Shown here piece after piece: positions 1 through 9,000 of a DNA stretch of 50,427 nt. Numbering within the stretch: position 1 is the first letter of the stretch; each line of letters begins with the position of its first letter. Under the pieces are notes generated by a model. That model was not told the origin of the DNA, ran no database searches, and worked only from the letters and a program-made list of their open reading frames with translations. A program made the position numbers and the translations under genes. Origin of the DNA: a bacterium (GTDB lineage: Bacteria; Patescibacteriota; Patescibacteriia; JAGPKW01); NCBI GenBank assembly GCA_021780535.1, contig JAJXYN010000004.1:1-50427 (forward strand). The letters are read 5' to 3'.

Positions 1-3000
1 GGTAATCTTTTATTTGGACAAAATTTTGTTGGGTCATATTCTATAAATGTTATAGTTACTGATGATTATAATCTTGGATTGCAAAGTACTACAAATCCAC
101 ATAATTCATCTGCTTCTTATGATATTGGTTTTGATATTGGTCCTGGCTGTGGTGATAGAATTGTACAAAAAAACTTAGGAGAAACTTGTGAACTTAAGCC
201 AAATGAAAGTGTGAAAAATATTTATATGGATTGGGGTACATATACTAATTCTGTTATTAATACGGATTTTAAACAACCCGATGGCTCTGGCGATTGTGTT
301 GCATATAAATTTATAGAGAATTCTTTTGATTGGAAAGGGAAATTAGATGATATACCTTGTTTAGAAAATCATTATGGTCTTTGTGAGAGAAGATCTTCTT
401 TTGGTTGTGATGGGTGGATAGCTGGTCCTAATGATAATTGTTATTTGATTACTAAAAGTTCTGGAGATTATGATACGGAAAAAAGTGAATGTGAATCTTA
501 CAATGCAGAACTTGTAGTTGTTGATGATGCTAATGAAGAAAAATCTATTAATGCAAATAGTTTGATTGCTGCAAAGGGAGTGTTATGGACTGGTTATAGA
601 AAAGAAAATGGATATTTTTATTCTGTAAGGGGTGGAAGATGGTCTGATGCTTCATCTTTAAATAATTATGATATTTATAGAGATAATATTTATGGTTCTG
701 GGACTGGAGTATCGGCTGCTTCTGCTTATGCTTGTGGTCTCCCTTGGGAAAATGATGCTTGTCGTCAAGTTAAAGGTTATTGTGGTGATGGAGTTTATTC
801 TTCTCTTTTTGAAGAATGTGATAAAACTGATAAAACAAGTTATGGAAAAGGTTATGATATAAATAACCAATACGGGTGTGGTATTGGTGATGGAGTAAAT
901 GATAATAACCCAAACAATAATACATGCAGGCAACAAGAAGGTTGGTGCGGAGATTCTTCTTTTAATCCAACATATGAACATTGTGATCCTACTGTGAGAA
1001 TTACAGCATCAGAATCTTCTTCTGCTACTTTTGGTATTACAAATGGTGCTCATCAATATTCTTGTCAGCCAAAGACAAAGAATAATGAAATGACGTATTT
1101 GGATTATTCTGATTTTGAAGCAAACAAAAATGTTCCAGCTGATGTGATGTGTAGAAAATCTTTTGGTGGATATTGTGGAGATGGCCAAATTCAAATGTTT
1201 TATTCTATTGATAGTAATGGTAATTATTATATTTCTAGTGACGATGTTGGTTCTCAAGATGGCACTAATCAAAAATGGAAGGGTATTGTTTTTGATGTAA
1301 ATTCTAAAAAATACAAATACAATAATGCTGATATGACGTCTGATCAATTGAATAATATTATAGAAGAATGTGATCCTACTAATTATCCATGTGATCCTAA
1401 TAGTAAAGAGGGTTCTTGTCGTTTCCCTAAAAATTCTTCTGAAATTGCTCAATATGGTGGTTGTGGACAGGTTTCTACTTCTTTAGCAAAATCTCCAGTT
1501 GTTTTATCTTGTTTTGTTTACAAGGATCTTTCTAATAATATTATTGATTGTGCTGGTTCATGTACGTTTAATAGTACTACTAAAGTTTGTGATAAAAAAA
1601 ATAATGATAATAATGTTTGTACTATATACTACCAAAAAAAGAATGGTGGTTATGGAATGGTAAATTATACTGGGGAATGTGGTTGCAAGAAGATATATGG
1701 TGGATATTGCGGTGATAGTATCGTTCAAGACCAATTCAATGAAGAGTGCGATTCTAATCAAGTAGATTCAGCTGGTTTTAGTGTTTATGATAGTGGTAAA
1801 CTTACAAAAGGTAATCTTACTACAATATCTCAATACTCTGATGTTAATAAACAATATCTTTGTGGTCAAACTGTCGCTTATTCTGAAAATATAGCAGATT
1901 TGAATAAGAGAGATGCTAGTGGTGCTGTTGTTTCTAATGCTTTTACAGCAAATTATGCTAATGTTAATAATAATGAAATGGCTTGTAATATACTAGGTGG
2001 ATATTGTGGAGATGGTGTTATTCAATCTGATTATGTAACTTTAAAATCTCAATCTGATCAATCTTGGCTTTATGCTAATCAAGGTACATTGGAAGAATGT
2101 GATCCGAAAGGTGTATCTGTTGTTGCTAAGTATTCTTCCCCTAATAATACTTATACTTGTGGTTCTGTAAATACAGCAAGAGCGTGTCGTGATTTAAGCT
2201 ATAATGAACAAGACTCTAATAATAAATATGGTGGCTATTGTGGAGATTCTTTTGTTCAATATAATTTAACAGATCCCGGTGTTCCAAATAATCCTGCTAA
2301 TTATTCTATTTTTAGAAATACTACTGGCGGTAATCCAGAACAATGCGACCCTGTTGGGCATAATACATTACCAAATCAATCTAATCTAAATAATCAATAT
2401 TCTTGCGGACTTACTCCAAACGATAATGCCTGTACTAATATTGGTGGATATTGTGGGGATGGAGTTGTAAATGCTTATAGAAATTTTTCAACCAATGAAC
2501 CAAGTGGTAATGGAGATTGTGTTACTTTGAAAACCGGTATTGGTTGGAATGGGAAATGGGATGATGTTCCTTGTACTGATCCTTATGAATATGTCTGTGA
2601 ACAAGAAAACCCTTCAAAAAATGTTTGTCCTAGTGGTTTTGTTAGATTTGATAATGGTAATTATAATTGTTATAGCATTTCTTCTATTTCCTCTAATTTT
2701 TCTTCTATAAATTGTCCAATTGGAAGCCATTTAGCTGTTATAAACTCTCAAGAAGAGAATGATTTTATTGCATCATTAGCTGATTCTAATTCTATTCTTT
2801 ATATTGGCTTAAATGATATTGATAGAGAGGGCGAATTTGTTTGGTCTGGTAATACTGGGTTTGCTGAAGAATGTGATCCAAATTCTACAGATTATAAATC
2901 TGGAGCTACTTCTAAAATACTTGTTGGAGTTGCCCCTGCTTCTAATGTTAATAAACAATATTTATGTGGTTCTACTGGTGTTTGGACTACTGTTCCAAAT

Positions 3001-6000
3001 GATACTCATAAGTATGATGTAAATGGAAATTATATTTCTTCTTTTGCTTTTGATAATAAAAATCAAGGAAATAATTCTTGTATGACTTTTGGTGGATATT
3101 GTGGTGATGGAGTAATACAATATGATTTTAGTACTACAAAAAACCAATCTGATCAGATTTTCTTTTATGGAAATCCTAATGGTTCATTGGAACAATGTGA
3201 CCCAAACGGCCACTCTGTTATGACAAGAAATTCTTCTGTATCTAATCAATACGGATGTGGTTCTAGTGGTGCTGCTGATGCTTGTCAAAATAAAGATGGA
3301 TATTGTGGTGATGGAGTAAAACAAATAAATGAAGAATGTGATTTTGCTTCCAAAGCGGGTAATGATTATTCCGGTACTAATTTAATTGCAAATGGTAAAT
3401 CTAGTGTTACACAGAATTCTTCTTATACTCAACAATATAGATGTGGTAAACCTCAGAAGTTTGTAACTCTTCCTGGTATAAAGACTAAATATGCTTCTTC
3501 TGGAAGTATAATTGGTACATTTACTGATGCTGATCTTTCTTCTGAAAACAATACATCCTCTTGTGTTACTTTTGGTGGATATTGCGGAGATGGTGTTATC
3601 CAAATTACTGCAGATTCTGAAAAAACTCAATCTGACCAATCTTGGTTTTATTCAAACCATGGAACATTAGAAGAGTGTGATCCTAAAGGACATTCTGTTA
3701 TTGCTCAATATTCTTCTGCTTCTAATTCATATACTTGTGGTTCTGTTAACACTAGCGATGCTTGTACTAATCTTGATTATACTCAGAAAGATTCAAATAA
3801 TAATTATGGTGGATATTGTGGAGATGGATATGTTCAATATTCTTTAACATCACCTGCTCTTGCAAATAGTAATTCTTCAAATAATGCAACTTTTCAAAGT
3901 ACAGTTGGAGGTAACCCTGAAGAATGTGATCCTTTTAATCATAGTGTTTCTGCTTTTTATTCCAGTCCTAATAATACTTATCTTTGTGGAGCTATCAATA
4001 CTGCTAGTGCTTGTCAGGATTTATTATATGCAGATAATAATAGTAGTGGATATTGTGGTGATGGTAAGATTCAATATGATCTAACAAAACCTGCAGCAAG
4101 TCAGGGGGATGCTGCTGAAAAAGGTGTTATAAATATTACTAATAATTCTCCAGAACAATGTGATCCAGTTGGTCATAGTGTTCTAGCTAAAGATTCTTCT
4201 GCTAATAATACATATTATTGTGGATCTGTTGTTGACGAACAAACAAATGGGAAACCTTATTCTTGTAGGGATATTGGTTATGCAACTACAGATGCTGTTA
4301 CTAAACAAGGTGGATATTGTGGTGATGGATTTACACAAAATGGTACAAATGGTACTCAAAACAAAGAAGAATGTGATCCTTCTTCTGTTGATTATTTGAA
4401 TGGAATTTTAATCTCTGGGAGAACAACTTCTAGTGCTTCTAAACAATATTTATGTTCTTCTACTGGTGTATGGTCTAGTAATCCTGCTGATACAACTAAA
4501 TATAAGGCTGATGGTACTAGTGATCCAACTTTTGTATATAATAATGTAAATAATAGTGATAATTCTTGTAGAACTTTTGGTGGATATTGTGGTGACGGTG
4601 TTGTACAAGTTTCTTTTAGTGTTAAGAAAAATCAAACAACTGATCAGCCCTGGTTTTATTCTAATTTAGGAACCTTAGAACAATGCGATCCTAAAGGACA
4701 TTCTGTTGTTACTCAATATTCTTCTGCTTCTAATTCATATACTTGTGGTTCTGTTGGTACTGCCAATTCTTGTTCTAACCTTGATTATACCCAAAAAGAT
4801 TCTAATAATAATTATGGTGGATATTGTGGGGATGGATATGTCCAGTATTCTTTAACAGCTACTCCTTTACAAAATATTGCTGCTAATTATCCTATATTTC
4901 AAACTACTGCAAATGGTGATCCTGAACAGTGTGATCCTTTAAATCATAGTACATCAGCAGCTTATTCTAGCCCAAGTAACACATATGCTTGTGGATCTAG
5001 TGGTACTGTAAATGCTTGTAAAGATTTAACTGCTGTTCAACAAGATTCTTCTTTGAAGTATGGTGGATATTGTGGAGATGGAGTAATCCAATATGATTTA
5101 ACAAAGCCAGCCGCTAACCAAGGAGATATTAATGAAACTTCCCCTATTGTTGTAACTGCTAATAGTCCAGAACAGTGTGATCCTGGTACTGGTAATAGTC
5201 ATATTGTTTTGGCTAAAAATTCATCCCCAGATAATACATATTATTGCGGATCTGTTACTGATGGTGCTGCTTATGCGTGTCGTGATGTCCTTTATGCTAC
5301 GACTAATAATATAACGAAACAGGGTGGATATTGTGGAGATGGTATTATTCAAGATGGAACAAATGGAACACAAAACAAAGAACAATGTGATTATGCTAGT
5401 TATGTTCCTCCTACGCCACAGACATCTTCTATTACAAAAACTTATGTATGTGGAGATAAAGTTACTGTTTATCCGAACGATCCAAATCATGATTTGGCAT
5501 GTAAGCTTGTGGATGCTTCACATGGTGGTGGATATTGTGGAGATGGTTCAGTTCAATTTTGTAAAGGGTCTGATGGTATTATAAAAACTAACCATACAGA
5601 TTGTTGGGATTCTAATAATATTGCTTTAAATGGTGTTACCCCACTTGAACAGTGTGATCCTGTAAATTATAATGTTACACCTGCTGTATCTTCAAAAATA
5701 AATAGATATATTTGTGGTTTGCAAACAGCTGGAGATGCATGTATGGATAAGGGTGGATATTGTGGAGATGGTACTATTAATATGTCATTAAATATTGATG
5801 GTCTAAATCGTAGAATTTCTACAAATGATTATGTCGCGACGAATTATAATTATGATACTTCTGCTACTCTTGAAAAATGTGATCCAGCTTATACACCAAC
5901 AATTACAGAAACAAATAATGTATTTGCTAATGGAGTTAAGCTTCCTAATATTTATATTCATTCAGCTGGACTTGAAGATTCTTCTGGTGTAACTGATCAT

Positions 6001-9000
6001 TCGTTAATTATTAACGGTGTTGCTAAAAATGTTGTTGGCAGAAGTTGGGCTGTCCATGTTTTTGATGCTAATTGGAATTATATAGAATCGCAAGATTACG
6101 ATGTTTATGTTAGTCAACTCGGTTCTTGTGCTAGCGCTGATCCTACTAGTTGTGCTAATGCTATGAATACTTATTTGAATTCTTTAGGAACTGATAAATA
6201 TGTTATATTTTCTACATATGATGAACCTAGGGGTAATATTGGTATTATATGGAATACTTTGAAAAATTTTGGTGCTAATGAAGATACTTTATCTCATTTA
6301 ATAACTGATTTTAGAGGTGCTTATTTGATGGTTGGTAAAAAAGGAATAGGTGCTGATAATAATTTTTTTGAAAGTTATACTCCTCATTATGGTACTGGTG
6401 TTACATTCACAACTAAAGATTTGAATGATAACTTTTTAGCTATTAATAATACATCTCAATCTGGTACAACAATATCTGATGCTATACATTATAATTGTAA
6501 AAATGATTGTACTTTTACCAATACTGCTACTGATTTTTGTGGAGACGGAATTACTCAGTCTGCAAATGGTGAACAGTGTGATCCTAAGAATTATGTTGTT
6601 CCTACAAATACAGCTTCTTCAAGTTCTAATCAATATGGTTGTTCATTGCTTTGTAAAGATACATCAGGATATTGTGGAGATGGTATAGTTGAAACTGCTT
6701 ATGGAGAAGAGTGTGATCCTTTGAATTATGTTGTTCCAAATGCTAAACAATCTGGAACTAATAGTACTTATAATTGTGGTTCTGTTGGTACTGCGAAAGC
6801 TTGTAAAAGATTATATTATTCTGATCTAGATGTTCCAACTGCTAAATATGGTGGATATTGTGGAGATTCTAAGGTTCAATATAATTTAGCAAGTGCTTCT
6901 GGAAGTCAAACGGATTCTACTTGGAAAACTGCTGTTACTATTGATTTAACTCATCCTGAACAATGTGATTATAATGGTTATATAATACCATTGCCTTCAC
7001 AATCTACAGTTAATTATCAATATTCTTGTACGGATGCTTCTACTCCTATTCCTTGTTCTAAAACCGGTGGATATTGTGGAGATTCTATAATTCAATCAGC
7101 TTATGAGGAGTGTGATTATGCTAATTATGTTCAACCTACTCCAGCACAATCTTCTGTATCTAGGATGTATTCTTGTGGAAATACCACTAAAGGTACTTAT
7201 GCTTGTTTTATGCTAGATAAAAATAACGGTGGGGGATATTGTGGAGATAATGTTTTACAAAATTCATTTGGAGAGATTTGTGAAAATACTTCTACTAATT
7301 CTAGTTTATCTGCTTGGTTAAATTTTGAAGGGGATAATAATGATTCTTCTTTAAATGGTAAAAATGGTGTATATACAGGGACTGGTTCTATGGAATATCT
7401 TCAAGGAAAAAATGGCCAGTCAGCAAATTTAAATGGGGATGATACGGTAACTATAAATAATGTTAATGTTAATACTAATGCTGGCGCTAAAAACACAGTA
7501 TCTTTTTGGATGTATTGGGGTGGTGGAAATGGTATGATGCCTATATCTTTTGGTAATAGTTATGATTTGTATCTTGTTAATAATTTTTTTGGATTTAATA
7601 CTGGTTTAGGAGATGATTTTGGAATAGATTTTTCTCCATCTACTTATGCTAATAAATGGGTACATGTTGTTGCTACTGTTTATAATGGTGTTCCAGATGC
7701 AACAAACAATGAATTATATATAAATGGTGTTAAGCAAGTAATCTCTCAAAAACTTGGTGTTAGTAATTCTTATAGAATGATTTCTAATTCTATAATTATT
7801 GGTGGTTGGATAAATGATGGCGGGTATAGATTTAATGGGATGTTAGATGACGTTAGGGTTTATAATAGACAATTAACTCAAACTGAAATTAATAGTATTT
7901 ATAACGCTTCTGGTTTCTCTAACTATTTATATAATGTAAATGATGGTGGTACTATAAGGAATGATTTATCTAATACAACATGTACTGCTAGTTGTGGTAC
8001 TACTGGTGATGGTTGGACTTGTGATACTGGTTATTATTGGAATATTGTTAATTATGGAGTTGGTACGTTTAATGTTTGTCGTGCTGTACCTTCTAATTCT
8101 GTTAGAATAGCTGGCTTGCATGGTGGTAATGATTATAGATGTAATGATGGTTTTGAAAAAGATGGTTCTGGTGGATGTAAGACTTGTGATCCAGGATATT
8201 ATTCTAATGGTGGTGGTTCTTGTTTAGCTTGCACGGCTATTGCTAATAGTAATTGGACTACAAAAGGTACACTTGCTAATAACTGTGGATTTAATTGTAA
8301 TGCAAGTTATCAATATGATGGAATTGCTAGAACTTGTACTTCATGTGCTACTGGAACTTGGACAGCTAATGCAAATCAATCTGCAACATGTTCTGCTTGT
8401 ACTGCGATTACTAATGCTAATGCTTTCACAACAAATGGTACTTCTGCAAATACTTGTGGATTTAATTGTAATGGAGCTTATTATTATAATGGTATTAATA
8501 GAACTTGTACTTCATGTGCTACTGGAACTTGGACAGCTAATGCAAATCAATCTAATTCTTGTTCTTCTTGTACAAATAAAGCTGGTAATGAGATATATAC
8601 ATCAAACGCTACTTCTGCTACGGGTTGTGCTGTTAATGGTTGTGCAGTAGGCCAATATCCTTTAACAAATACTTCTTGTACTTCTTGTACTGCAATTGCT
8701 AACGCTAATGCTTTTACAACAAATGGTACTTCTGCAAATACTTGTGGATTTAATTGTAATGCAAGTTATCAATATGATGGAATTGCTAGAACTTGTACTT
8801 CATGTGCTACTGGAACTTGGACAGCTAATGCAAATCAATCTACAACATGCTCTGCTTGTACAAACAAAGCTACTACTCAAATTTATACTTCTAATGCTAC
8901 TTCTATCACTGGTTGTACGGTAAGTGATTGTCCTATTGGTCAATATCCTTCTTCTAATGTGACTTGTTCTGTTTGTACTGCAATTTCTGGTGCGAATATG

